From an uncultured Planctomycetia bacterium (GTDB lineage: Bacteria > Omnitrophota > Gorgyraeia > Tantalellales > Tantalellaceae), in contig CAYQUS010000001.1 in NCBI GenBank assembly GCA_964421015.1, positions 364,726-428,725 of the forward strand: DNA of 64,000 nucleotides, read 5' to 3'. A program made the position numbers and the translations under genes. A model generated the notes under the pieces. It worked only from the letters and a program-made list of their open reading frames with translations. It made no database searches and was not told the origin of the DNA. Shown here in pieces: positions 16,577 through 26,237 of the stretch. Each line of letters starts with the position of its first letter. The stretch's first letter is position 1.

Positions 16577-19318
16577 TTACTGCTCCGGTGCCGCGGCGGG
16601 CGGAGAAACCTGTGAAAGTGCTCCCGGGGGCGTCTTGTCATATGCCCTTGAAAGCCCTATCGGAAGCTCGGGGAAGGCCTTAAGCCTGAAGGCCATCCAG
16701 AACGTGAAATCATCCTCGAAAATATTGCTGCCGTCGATGTCATATACCATATCCACAGCCCAGCAGTGAAGGTCTCTTGTAACGGTAAGCTGCTGCTCTT
16801 CTATGTCCAGTTTCTCAATATCATACCTCTGGTAAAGCCCCACACTCCATTTGGGGTTTATTATCCAGCTGGTATCGAAAGTGAACTGGTTACGCGATTC
16901 CTCATCCGGCCTTTTCTCGTATCTGTATCCCAAAGCTGCCTGGAAGGTCTTCCATGGCTGGAGCACAGCTTCCACGCTGTTGGTCTTTACGGCAAAATTT
17001 TCGGTCTCAACTTCCATCCTGTTGTCGAAGTAAAGCCAACTGTACGGCCTGACCTCGAGTTCGGAAGATAACATTGTAAGGCGCGGGCCTTCTTCTTTCT
17101 CCCTGAAAGAGTAGTCCGCCGTCACTATGCTTCGAAGAAGATCAACCGATGCCATTTCCCCGGGAAGCCCTCTTTTTGTCTGAAATTTATTTTCAAAAGA
17201 AAGCTCTATGCCGTTCTGGTGTTCAAGCGCGTCTATCGCGTCCATCTGGTAGAAATGCTCCTTGCTCATGCTGGGCCGGTAGGTGTAGTAATACTGAGCT
17301 TTAGGCACGACTATGTGCCTGAGGCCGTTTATGTCAAGCCCCAGGTAGTCGGTCTTAACATCGTAAACGCGATGGAACCTTATAAAATTATCTACGCCCC
17401 CTCCGAAAGTCCCCCTTGCCGCCGGCTGACTCTGGTTCTTAGTTTTACTGTAGGCAGTCCCCTCAACGGTACCGTACGGCACAATACTCAAAGGCCCGAT
17501 ACCCGTAGCGTAAGATAGTTTCTGATAGGTGTCGGCTCTCCCCACTTTCTCCGGAGGAGACGAAAGAAACTCGTACTCTTTCTCGAAATAGGTCACGGAC
17601 GAAGTAGATCCGTAATAGAACGGTGTATTCCACAACCTCTGGTCGAAGATATCTATCTTGGCCTCCGGCAGACGCTGAGTCACCGTGTAAAAATCGTTAA
17701 ACCTTTTATTAGCCTCAAGGCTGAAGGAATAGTTCGGTTTGGAATTAATGATCGAGATGTAGTTCGCAGGTACGGGATTGTTTTCCTCGTACTCGTTATA
17801 GAAATAGTCCCGTAGAACGTGCTCATCGCTGAGCTTATTGAATTCCATCATACCCACGGTCTCATCGTCAAAATCAAGACGGTGTTTCCACTGTATACGC
17901 CTTCTCCACTCCTGTTTGGTTCCCTCATCCCTGAACTCCGACGGGTCGTATGTGGCGAAACCGTTCTGGTCTATGAAGTATCCTCTGAGAAGTCCTTTGC
18001 CAAGCCCCTCTATCCCGGTGTCGTCAAGGTCGTAGTATAGGTTCCCGCCGAAAGCAAAACCTTTCTTTGTCCTGTAGTCGAGAAGAAGATCGGCCTTGGT
18101 CTCGCCTTTTATGTGCATACGCCAGGCGGAAAGGAGAAAATATCCCCAGTCCGAAGTGACTCCCGGGATGAACTGTACCTTGGCTTTCAAGTCTATGTTG
18201 GGCTGATAGTAGTAAGGTATCCACAAAACCGGAACATCCCCAAGGTAATAGACCACGTTCTTGGCTATCACTTTTTCATTCGGAAAAACCCTTATTTCTT
18301 TGGCTTTCAGATGATAATGCGGTTTGTCATGGTCACAGGTGGTGATGTATCCGTTCTTAAGAACATATTCGTTGGGCCCCACCTTGCCGGTTTCTTCGGC
18401 TGTTGCGAACCACGGGAAGGCCTTGAGATCGGCTCCGGCTATTTCGCCTTCCTTGTTGGCCAGGTCGTACCTTATGTAATCCCCTTCCAGCACGCCTTTG
18501 GGATGCTGTATACGCACGTTACCCTCGCATAGGGCTATCTTAGCCTTGGTATCTATGGATATTTTGTCGCATTTAAGTATCACGTCGCCGTATTGTATGG
18601 CAACGTTACCCTCTGCCGAAATAGTGCCTTTCTCCTGCAGATACTCTACCTTATCCCCATCCACAACGATCGAATGCCCTGACCCGGCGAGAAGATCCAG
18701 CTCGGCGTCCTCTCTTCTTTCAAAAGCGCTCGAAATTTCCTGTTCGTCGACAGATGTTTCTTTTGCGCTTTCCTCCGTCAATACGGCTTTTTCCTCCGCC
18801 AAGCTCTCCGCGGGCGCCGCCTCTTCTTCCTTCTCCCTCAAAGCGTCTTTCTCTTTTTTCTTCTCAAGTTCGGCCGCTTCCTTTTCGGATCTTTTCCTGT
18901 CGGCTTCCTCTTTTTTACGCGCCTTTAAGGCCTGCTTCTGCGTCAAAGCCTCTTTCTTCTGCTTTATTTTAAGATCTTTCAGATCTGCCTGGTATTTCTT
19001 CCACCTCTGTTCGGCGTCGTCAAGATGCTCTAAAAAGGCTTTGGCCACGGGGCTATCCGGGCTCAGTTTCAGAGCCTTTTCTCCGTACGCCCTTGCTTTG
19101 GAATAGTTGTTTACTCCTCTTTCCGCCCTGGCTTTCTCCAGAACCTTGTATATCTCAAGGTTCTTTTTCTGGACTTTCTGGAACTCGGGATCAGCGGAGG
19201 ATTTACCTGCTCCCCAGAAAGCCTCGGAAGGAGCGGCCCAGCCAAGAACCATGGAAAGGCAAAGCAGAACCGAGCATAATTTAGCGAATTTCCCGGTGGT
19301 GATGATATTTTTCATCAA
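16577..19318 (-). CDS. lptD: LPS-assembly outer-membrane protein LptD-like (OstA N-domain plus C-terminal beta-barrel), with a K/E-rich coiled-coil N-terminal extension
   Basis: Signal peptide and OstA-like region 'DGDKVEYLQEKGTISAEGNVAIQYGDVILKCD...ITTCD'; long aromatic-rich C-terminus; the 'KKEEADRKRSEKEAAELEKKKEKDALREKEEE' segment is unusual for LptD. Confidence 0.7.
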   Translation of the reverse strand: MMKNIITTGKFAKLCSVLLCLSMVLGWAAPSEAFWGAGKSSADPEFQKVQKKNLEIYKVLEKARAERGVNNYSKARAYGEKALKLSPDSPVAKAFLEHLDDAEQRWKKYQADLKDLKIKQKKEALTQKQALKARKKEEADRKRSEKEAAELEKKKEKDALREKEEEAAPAESLAEEKAVLTEESAKETSVDEQEISSAFERREDAELDLLAGSGHSIVVDGDKVEYLQEKGTISAEGNVAIQYGDVILKCDKISIDTKAKIALCEGNVRIQHPKGVLEGDYIRYDLANKEGEIAGADLKAFPWFATAEETGKVGPNEYVLKNGYITTCDHDKPHYHLKAKEIRVFPNEKVIAKNVVYYLGDVPVLWIPYYYQPNIDLKAKVQFIPGVTSDWGYFLLSAWRMHIKGETKADLLLDYRTKKGFAFGGNLYYDLDDTGIEGLGKGLLRGYFIDQNGFATYDPSEFRDEGTKQEWRRRIQWKHRLDFDDETVGMMEFNKLSDEHVLRDYFYNEYEENNPVPANYISIINSKPNYSFSLEANKRFNDFYTVTQRLPEAKIDIFDQRLWNTPFYYGSTSSVTYFEKEYEFLSSPPEKVGRADTYQKLSYATGIGPLSIVPYGTVEGTAYSKTKNQSQPAARGTFGGGVDNFIRFHRVYDVKTDYLGLDINGLRHIVVPKAQYYYTYRPSMSKEHFYQMDAIDALEHQNGIELSFENKFQTKRGLPGEMASVDLLRSIVTADYSFREKEEGPRLTMLSSELEVRPYSWLYFDNRMEVETENFAVKTNSVEAVLQPWKTFQAALGYRYEKRPDEESRNQFTFDTSWIINPKWSVGLYQRYDIEKLDIEEQQLTVTRDLHCWAVDMVYDIDGSNIFEDDFTFWMAFRLKAFPELPIGLSRAYDKTPPGALSQVSPPAAAPEQ

Positions 19319-19396
19319 ATCTTCCTTCTTGTTTTTTACCGCCAGCAGTATACCACTTTGAAAATCAAAAATCTACCGCGGTTTTAAGGAATATGC

Positions 19397-20779
19397 CTAC
19401 ACGGTGCACACTTTGTTACGCCCCCTGCGCTTGGCCTTATAAAGGGCTGTGTCGGCCTTTTCCAGAAGCGTTTCTATTCTTGTGCCGTCCTCGGGATAGG
19501 TGGCTATTCCCACGCTGACCGTCATCTTGAGTTCTTCGTCAAAGGCCTTTATGTCTTCCTCTTCCACGCCTTTTCTTATACGTTCGCCTACCGATACAGC
19601 CAGGTCCTTTGTTGTTTCAGGCAGCACCAGACAGAATTCCTCCCCGCCGTACCGGGCTATCATGTCGACTTCCCGAACGGACTTTTTAAGCCTTGAAGCT
19701 ATCTTATTAAGCACCGCGTCTCCCACAAGATGCCCGTACTTATCGTTGCAGTTCTTAAAATGGTCGACATCCACCATCCCTATGGAAAAGGTGAGTTTAA
19801 GCCTTTCCGCTCGGTCTACCTCCTCGGTAAGACGCTCCATGAGATGCCGTCTCAGATAAACTTCGGTAAGCCCGTCCATTATGGAAAGTTCCTGTACCTT
19901 TTCATAAAGCTGCACTTTCCGGAATTCAAGAGCTATCTGCGGAATAAGTATCCTGAACCTTCCGTACATCGCCCTTTGCGCCCCCTCTATGGCAAGTATC
20001 GCGCATATCTCTCCGGCCACGCTTATGGGGAACACGGTAAAAGTGTCAGAAACGACGCCCATTTCCTCGAACAGTTCCTCTGATTCTTCGCGCGTCATAA
20101 AGAACGACCCGGTATCATGTGCGGCGGAACACTCTATTACTTTCCCGCAGTTAATGGAGTCTTCGGCGCGAGAAACCCCGTCCGGCTTCTCCACTCTTTT
20201 TGAAACGCATTTCACGAATTCCATACCCGGGCACACTAAAAGATGCGCCGCCGTGAGGCTGAAATTCTCTTCCAGAAAATCAAAAAGTTCATCAAGAAGG
20301 TTCTCGAACGTAAGCGCCGGGGCGAGTTTCTTTGTTATCTCATACAGCCTGGATATCCTGGAAAGCTCCGTCTCTATCTTCTTCCCTCTCCTGTCGATAG
20401 ACTCAAGTTCGGAAACAAGGCTGTTATACTTTCTCTGGGCCCCTCCCGCCTCATCAAGATAAAGTTCCTCGAACATTCCGTAAAGGGCCGAAGCCACATA
20501 ACTTGCCAGAGCCACCAAAAAGAACAGCGACATAAAAACGACTATATCAATGACGTTAAGAGCGCCCAGGGTCTTGTAAAATACGAGAAAAACAAAGTTC
20601 ATCACGGTTATGACGGCGGCCTGCCGGGGCGAAAAAACGAAGGGCATCATCGCGTAAACTATAGGAACGGCGAAAAGAAAAAGGTATTCGTCTCCGTGCG
20701 GGAACACGTATGCCGCCCAGCTGGCCGCCAAAAGAAGAGCGTTAAGCGCAAAGAGCATGAAAGGCTTCATTTTGAGCAT
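19397..20779 (-). CDS. Membrane-anchored diguanylate cyclase (GGDEF)
   Basis: N-terminal TM helices and 'RYGGEEFCLVLPETT' GGEEF motif. Confidence 0.8.
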   Translation of the reverse strand: MLKMKPFMLFALNALLLAASWAAYVFPHGDEYLFLFAVPIVYAMMPFVFSPRQAAVITVMNFVFLVFYKTLGALNVIDIVVFMSLFFLVALASYVASALYGMFEELYLDEAGGAQRKYNSLVSELESIDRRGKKIETELSRISRLYEITKKLAPALTFENLLDELFDFLEENFSLTAAHLLVCPGMEFVKCVSKRVEKPDGVSRAEDSINCGKVIECSAAHDTGSFFMTREESEELFEEMGVVSDTFTVFPISVAGEICAILAIEGAQRAMYGRFRILIPQIALEFRKVQLYEKVQELSIMDGLTEVYLRRHLMERLTEEVDRAERLKLTFSIGMVDVDHFKNCNDKYGHLVGDAVLNKIASRLKKSVREVDMIARYGGEEFCLVLPETTKDLAVSVGERIRKGVEEEDIKAFDEELKMTVSVGIATYPEDGTRIETLLEKADTALYKAKRRGRNKVCTV

Positions 20780-22227
20780 ACTCTGTTCTTTCCCTTGTTT
20801 TTAGCCCTGTATAAAGCGCGGTCGGCCTCCATTATTATGTCGTCCTTAAGCCTGGCATCCTCGGGAAAAACGCTCACGCCTATGGATACGGTAACTGAAC
20901 ATTTCTTTCTCCTGACTGTTACCGGCGTCTCCTGCACCCTGGCCCTTATTTCTTCCGCTATCTTCACGGCCGATTCCCTATCGGCATTCAAAGCCAGAAA
21001 AGCGAACTCCTCGCCGCCGTACCTGGCGACGGTGTCTCCGGCAGAGGCCTTGCTCTTCAGTATGCTGCCGATATTGTGAAGTATAACGTCTCCCGTCATG
21101 TGTCCGTACTCGTCATTGAACGTCTTAAAATTATCTATATCCAGCATCAAAAGCGCGAAGGAGCTTCCGCTTCTCAAGGCTCTTTTGACTTCCTCATCGA
21201 GCCTTTCCATGAAGTACCTGTGCACATATAGGCCGGTCAGGCTGTCCCTTATTGCCAGGTCCTCGGTTTTTCGGTACAGCCTGGCGTTCTCCATGGCCAC
21301 AGCCGCCAGGTCCCCTATAATATCCAGCATTCTCAGCTCATGCGCCGTGAAGTCGTCCTCTTTGGGAGAATCGACCCGCAAGACCCCGAGAACACGTCCT
21401 TCCATTATGAGGGGTTTTACCATAAGAGAAACAGCGTCGTCTTTCTCCTCTTTTCCCTTCACAGAGAACCTGAAGTCTTCCTTGACGTCTCTGACCAGAA
21501 GGCTCTTGGTGTTCTTTATGGCCCAACCGTCGAATATGCCTCCTTTTTTGCTCTCGAAAGCCTTTCTACCCGGGCCCTTCAGTGTACAGCAAAGATTAAG
21601 CCCCCCGGACTCGGGATTGACGGTAAAAAGTAGAACACGGTTGTCCCCCTTGAATATCTCGAAGGTCTCATGCGCGACGGTGTTAAGTATCTCCTCTTCC
21701 CTTAAAGTTATCCCTATCTTGTCGGCTACGCCTTTAAGTTTCAAAAGCCCGTCTATCTTGGTCCCCATCGCGGAAACTTCTCTCTCCCTGTTCTTCATGT
21801 GGTCGCTTATGAGATTGTTGTCCTCCGAGATCTTCTCCATAGTGACCTTGTGGTTCTGACGGGACCTGTGGTATTTCCTGTTAAGGTGATACCCTTCGAA
21901 TATAAAAACAAAGAAAACCACTATCAGAGAAGCGTAATATTGCGGATCCGTGGATGTCAGGGGCCGATGCAGGAATATCATGGTAAGAAGAAAAGAAATA
22001 AGCCCTGACACTACCCCAAGAGCGCTCCAAAGGAACATCATTAAGGCGCCCGTAAGAATTACCGAACTGAGTATTATGAACTCGACATGCTGCACTTTCC
22101 CGGAAAGAAAAGGTCCTATGGAATTTATGTTGCGTAAAAGAAGAAGGAAAAGCAACAGAGAAAAACCGGCAAGAACGTTTTTTCTTACAGTTGGCGTAAT
22201 GAAGTTGGCCATAAAAAGCCTAAACAA
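20767..22227 (-). CDS. Membrane-anchored diguanylate cyclase (TM, GAF-like, GGDEF)
   Basis: 'RYGGEEFAFLAL' motif; overlaps the downstream GGDEF gene by 13 nt. Confidence 0.8.
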   Translation of the reverse strand: MFRLFMANFITPTVRKNVLAGFSLLLFLLLLRNINSIGPFLSGKVQHVEFIILSSVILTGALMMFLWSALGVVSGLISFLLTMIFLHRPLTSTDPQYYASLIVVFFVFIFEGYHLNRKYHRSRQNHKVTMEKISEDNNLISDHMKNREREVSAMGTKIDGLLKLKGVADKIGITLREEEILNTVAHETFEIFKGDNRVLLFTVNPESGGLNLCCTLKGPGRKAFESKKGGIFDGWAIKNTKSLLVRDVKEDFRFSVKGKEEKDDAVSLMVKPLIMEGRVLGVLRVDSPKEDDFTAHELRMLDIIGDLAAVAMENARLYRKTEDLAIRDSLTGLYVHRYFMERLDEEVKRALRSGSSFALLMLDIDNFKTFNDEYGHMTGDVILHNIGSILKSKASAGDTVARYGGEEFAFLALNADRESAVKIAEEIRARVQETPVTVRRKKCSVTVSIGVSVFPEDARLKDDIIMEADRALYRAKNKGKNRVCSK

Positions 22228-23323
22228 TGGTTTTTTCGGTCACCTTATCGAAAAAGTGCACCTTGCTCATATCGAAAACAACGTCCATGTCCAGGTTTAT
22301 CTGAGGGTTGGCGTCCCCGGGAACTTTGGCTATTAAAACATGTTTTCCCGTATTGAGATGCACATACGCTTCCGAGCCCAAATGTTCCACGACTTCGCAT
22401 GTCATGGTAACAATATTTTCCGGGGGGACCTCCGAAACCGAAAGTTTGTCGTAAATATTCTCGCTCCTTATACCCATAAGAAGCCTCTTGTCCGTATAGC
22501 TGTCCAGAACGTCGTACATACCCTCGACAAGTTTTATACGGAAGTTCCCCTCGTCGAAATACAGCTTTTTGTCCTTTTTCACTATCTTGCCCTCCATGAA
22601 ATTCATGGGAGGCGCGCCTATAAAACTTGCCACGAATTTATTGACAGGCCTGTTATACACAGCTGTGGGGGTATCTATCTGCTGTATGACCCCGTCCTTC
22701 ATTACTACTATCCTGTCCCCCAGTGTCATGGCCTCGGTCTGATCATGCGTCACGTATATCATGGTGGACTGTAGCCTTATATGAAGCCTTCTTAATTCGA
22801 TCCGCATCTGGGCCCTGAGCTTGGCGTCGAGGTTGCTCAGAGGTTCGTCGAAAAGAAAAACAAGAGGTTTTCTCACTATGGCTCTTCCCACAGCCACCCT
22901 CTGTCTCTGCCCGCCTGAAAGTTCACGTGGCTTACGGCTGAGCAGGTTCTCAAGCCCCAGTATGCCCGCGGCTTCCTTTACACGGGTATCTATCTCTTCC
23001 TGCGGATATTTTTTGAGTTTAAGGCCGAAAGCCATATTCTCATATACCGTCATATGAGGATACAAAGCATAGTTCTGAAAGACCATCGCTATATCACGGT
23101 CTTTTGGAGGAAGGCCGTTCACCTTGCGTTCGCCGATGAATATCTCCCCGGCGGAGACGTTCTCGAGCCCGGCTATAAGGCGGAGCGTAGTGGTCTTGCC
23201 GCACCCGGAAGGCCCTACTATCACCATGAATTCCTTGTTGTCAACCCCGAAACTAACGTCGTTGACAGCTTTTATTCCGCCTTGGAACTCTTTAACAACG
23301 CTTCTTAGACTGACTTGTGCCAT
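22220..23323 (-). CDS. ABC transporter ATP-binding protein, MalK/UgpC/MsmK sugar-import type
   Basis: Walker A 'GPSGCGKTT', signature 'LSGGQRQRVA', Walker B 'FLFDEPLSNLD' and a C-terminal TOBE-like domain. No permease or substrate-binding-protein genes are adjacent. Confidence 0.85.
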   Translation of the reverse strand: MAQVSLRSVVKEFQGGIKAVNDVSFGVDNKEFMVIVGPSGCGKTTTLRLIAGLENVSAGEIFIGERKVNGLPPKDRDIAMVFQNYALYPHMTVYENMAFGLKLKKYPQEEIDTRVKEAAGILGLENLLSRKPRELSGGQRQRVAVGRAIVRKPLVFLFDEPLSNLDAKLRAQMRIELRRLHIRLQSTMIYVTHDQTEAMTLGDRIVVMKDGVIQQIDTPTAVYNRPVNKFVASFIGAPPMNFMEGKIVKKDKKLYFDEGNFRIKLVEGMYDVLDSYTDKRLLMGIRSENIYDKLSVSEVPPENIVTMTCEVVEHLGSEAYVHLNTGKHVLIAKVPGDANPQINLDMDVVFDMSKVHFFDKVTEKTIV

Positions 23324-23422
23324 TTTATCACTTTTTTTATTTTCAGGAAAATCTTCTTCCCTAAACTATATACAACAGTCTGACAGCCATTGTCAACGCA
23401 ATTCAGGCCGTTCCCGGGCCCG

Positions 23423-24265
23423 TCAAGCCTCGGAAGTGTAGTCTATGAGCGAACCTATTTTTTTTCTTATGTCGTTGCGGTGGACTATCATATCTATGAG
23501 ACCATGCTCAAGAAGGAACTCCGAGCTCTGGAACCCTTCCGGAAGGTCCTGCTTTATGGTCTGCTGTATTACCCTCGGGCCGGTAAACCCTATGAGTGCC
23601 CTGGGTTCTGCCATTATTATGTCGCCGAGCGACGCGAAACTCGCCATTACCCCCGCCATTGTCGGGTTAGTAAGAAGGGATATGAAAAATCCCCCGTTCC
23701 GGTTGAACCTGTCCAGCGCCGCGCTGGTTTTAGCCATCTGCATAAGAGAGAACATCCCCTCGTACATCCTGGCGCCTCCGCCCGAACCCGACACTATTAT
23801 TAGCGGTAATTTCTCCGCGTCGGCAAACTCTATAAGCCTCGTTATTTTCTCCCCAACGACCGATCCCATGGAGCCCATTATGAACCTCGAGTCCGTGGCT
23901 CCGATGGCCACCCTTCTTGAATCTATGTATCCTTCTCCCACGACAGCCGCTTCTTTAAGACCTGTTGCCTTCTGATCGTTCTTGATCTTTATCGGGTAGC
24001 CGGTCGGCCCCTTGAACTTAAGGGGATCCTTGCTTTCCATGTCCTTGAACATTTCAGAGAAAGTCCCGGGATCCACCATGTTTTCTATTCTTTCATAAGC
24101 CCCAAGCCTGAAATGGTAATCACATTTCGAGCATACGCTTGAAGACTCTTTCAGCTTCTTGTTGTACAAAAGCTCGCCGCACCCGGGACATTTGGTCCAA
24201 AGTCCGCCGGGCATATCTCTTTTTTTCTTTTTACCGAAAATCGGTTTTCTGGAGAAAAATGACAT
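23423..24265 (-). CDS. accD: Acetyl-CoA carboxylase carboxyltransferase beta subunit
   Basis: N-terminal Zn ribbon 'CPGCGELLYNKKLKESSSVCSKCDYH' plus a CT domain. Confidence 0.9.
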   Translation of the reverse strand: MSFFSRKPIFGKKKKRDMPGGLWTKCPGCGELLYNKKLKESSSVCSKCDYHFRLGAYERIENMVDPGTFSEMFKDMESKDPLKFKGPTGYPIKIKNDQKATGLKEAAVVGEGYIDSRRVAIGATDSRFIMGSMGSVVGEKITRLIEFADAEKLPLIIVSGSGGGARMYEGMFSLMQMAKTSAALDRFNRNGGFFISLLTNPTMAGVMASFASLGDIIMAEPRALIGFTGPRVIQQTIKQDLPEGFQSSEFLLEHGLIDMIVHRNDIRKKIGSLIDYTSEA

Positions 24266-24282
24266 CTTTTTTCCTTATTTTG

Positions 24283-25593
24283 TTATGATATGCAGCTTTT
24301 GCCGGCTTTTTCCTTCTGGTCCTCGAACCTGTTTATAACAAGCCCCGTGAGCAGCTTCGGATAGAAATAGGTGGATTTCTGCGGCATCATTTCCCCGTCC
24401 TCAGCTACCGCCTTAAGCTGCCCTATTTTTGTGGGATTGAGGAAAAAAGCGGCTTTACCCTCGCCTTTCAGGACCATTTCGCGAGCCTCTTCCGGGTCTT
24501 TAAAATAGACTATATCCCCCTCTTCGGCCTTTATTCCAAGTACCTTATCAAAAACTGAGGAATGCAGAACGCTAACGTCTAGACCTTTCCAGGATTCTGG
24601 TTTGCCTTTTATAAAATCCCTGAGCGCGATGGGATCTATCGGTTCAAGGAGCGTGTACCCTTCTGTATCGAACAAGCCGTAAACATAACTTTTCTGCCTG
24701 CGCCTGTCCATCTGGTCTATAAGCTCATCCAGACCGTTAAACTTTGTAAGATTGAAATATTCGCCGAGACGGGAACGTATATCTCTTACGGATGTACCCT
24801 TAAAGCCTTTTATCACCCTGTGCGTGGCAAGTACCGTAAGGTTCTCCGGATCGGACATGTCCGTAAGGTACATAAGCACATGATCCGCTCTGCCGTCGTA
24901 CCCCTGTTTCTCCCGGCACATATCCCTGTAGGCTCTCGCCACAGCGTACCGGTGATGCCCGTCGGCTATGAAGATTTTTCTGCCTGCCATCGCTCCCGTT
25001 ATTTCCGATATCTCTCCGTCGTCGTGAAGTCTCCACAGCATGTGTCTCACGCCGTCGATCTCTATATCTATGATGGGCTTCTCGGATGATGCCTGCCGCT
25101 TAAGAACACCGGATATCCTGCCACCATCGCCGCCGTAAAGACCGAATATAGGACTCAAGTTGCTCTCAACCTCTTTTATGAGCTTCATGCGGTCTTCTTT
25201 GGGTTTGGAAAGGGTATGTTCGTGAGGAAGAACGACCTCTGTTCCCTCGACCTTCATAAGACAGAGAAAACCCAAACGTCTGAAAATTTCGCCGCGCAGC
25301 TCATATTCCTGCTGGTATACGTAAAAGGCCTCTTCCTGATCCGTACGTAGAACGCCTGAACGTATCCATTCCGACATAGCTATTCTGGCGCGCGAATACT
25401 TGTTGTTTTTTTCGTCATCGCCGGGATTGTCCTTGCCAAGGATCAGCTTTACAACGTTATATTCGCTTTTCCGGTAAAGTTCTTCCCTCATTTCCGGAGA
25501 TATTACGTCGTAAGGCGGAGCCATGACTTCCGCCATGTCCCGCAGAAACTCAAAATTATAAAGTAACCCTTTGAATGGCTTTACTTCCGCCAT
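24283..25593 (-). CDS. DUF1015-family protein
   Basis: 'VKPFKGLLYNFEFL...APPYDVIS' N-terminal signature of DUF1015 (COG4198). Confidence 0.65.
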   Translation of the reverse strand: MAEVKPFKGLLYNFEFLRDMAEVMAPPYDVISPEMREELYRKSEYNVVKLILGKDNPGDDEKNNKYSRARIAMSEWIRSGVLRTDQEEAFYVYQQEYELRGEIFRRLGFLCLMKVEGTEVVLPHEHTLSKPKEDRMKLIKEVESNLSPIFGLYGGDGGRISGVLKRQASSEKPIIDIEIDGVRHMLWRLHDDGEISEITGAMAGRKIFIADGHHRYAVARAYRDMCREKQGYDGRADHVLMYLTDMSDPENLTVLATHRVIKGFKGTSVRDIRSRLGEYFNLTKFNGLDELIDQMDRRRQKSYVYGLFDTEGYTLLEPIDPIALRDFIKGKPESWKGLDVSVLHSSVFDKVLGIKAEEGDIVYFKDPEEAREMVLKGEGKAAFFLNPTKIGQLKAVAEDGEMMPQKSTYFYPKLLTGLVINRFEDQKEKAGKSCIS

Positions 25594-25970
25594 AACACCA
25601 ACCTTCCGAAATATAGTCCTGCAGCAGCTCCTCCGGAGTTAAAAAGAGCGTCATACAGACAGGTCTCTCTTCCCGGCACAAAGCTCTGGAACAGTTCAAT
25701 TAAGATACCATAACCTATTATTAATATCAACGCAAATGCTGTATTTTTGAAGGAAGGAATTACCCCTGAAGATTTAATGCCCAATGCCGACAGAAAAGCC
25801 AGAGAACCATACGCGGCGAAGTGTAACACTTTATCAAAATGATCTGGCTGGAGATCCGCCTTTAATTTATAAGGAAGCAGGGAGAAAAAAAGTATACCGA
25901 AAGCCAGCATGCCCGCGGGCGCCCAGGGGAAAAAACGCTTTTTTGCCTCGTCCCGGCTTAAAAATGCCAT
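25581..25970 (-). CDS. VanZ-like membrane protein
   Basis: 129 aa, 3-4 TM segments, 'DKVLHFAAYGSLAF...ELFQSFVPGR'. Confidence 0.55.
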   Translation of the reverse strand: MAFLSRDEAKKRFFPWAPAGMLAFGILFFSLLPYKLKADLQPDHFDKVLHFAAYGSLAFLSALGIKSSGVIPSFKNTAFALILIIGYGILIELFQSFVPGRETCLYDALFNSGGAAAGLYFGRLVLWRK

Positions 25971-25971
25971 C

Positions 25972-26226
25972 TTACCCCGAACAGGAGTCGCAGCAGCCTT
26001 TAGCCCCGCAGGAAGGTTTTTCGGGACTTTTATCTTTTCCGCAAGAGGGTTTATAATCAGTCTGGTAAAAACCTTTACCTTTAAAGATCACTCCGGCACC
26101 CGTGCTTATCATTCGTTCCACGTCGCCTTTGCATTGCGGGCATTCTTTTACCGGACTTTCCGTCATGCTCTGGAACTTCTCGAATTTGTGGCCGCATTTC
26201 TTACACTGATATTCATAAGTGGGCAT
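25972..26226 (-). CDS. FmdB-family zinc-ribbon protein
   Basis: '[13 protein letters not shown]...CPQCKG' paired CxxC motifs; 84 aa. Confidence 0.6.
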   Translation of the reverse strand: MPTYEYQCKKCGHKFEKFQSMTESPVKECPQCKGDVERMISTGAGVIFKGKGFYQTDYKPSCGKDKSPEKPSCGAKGCCDSCSG

Positions 26227-26237
26227 TCTGTCTCCTT

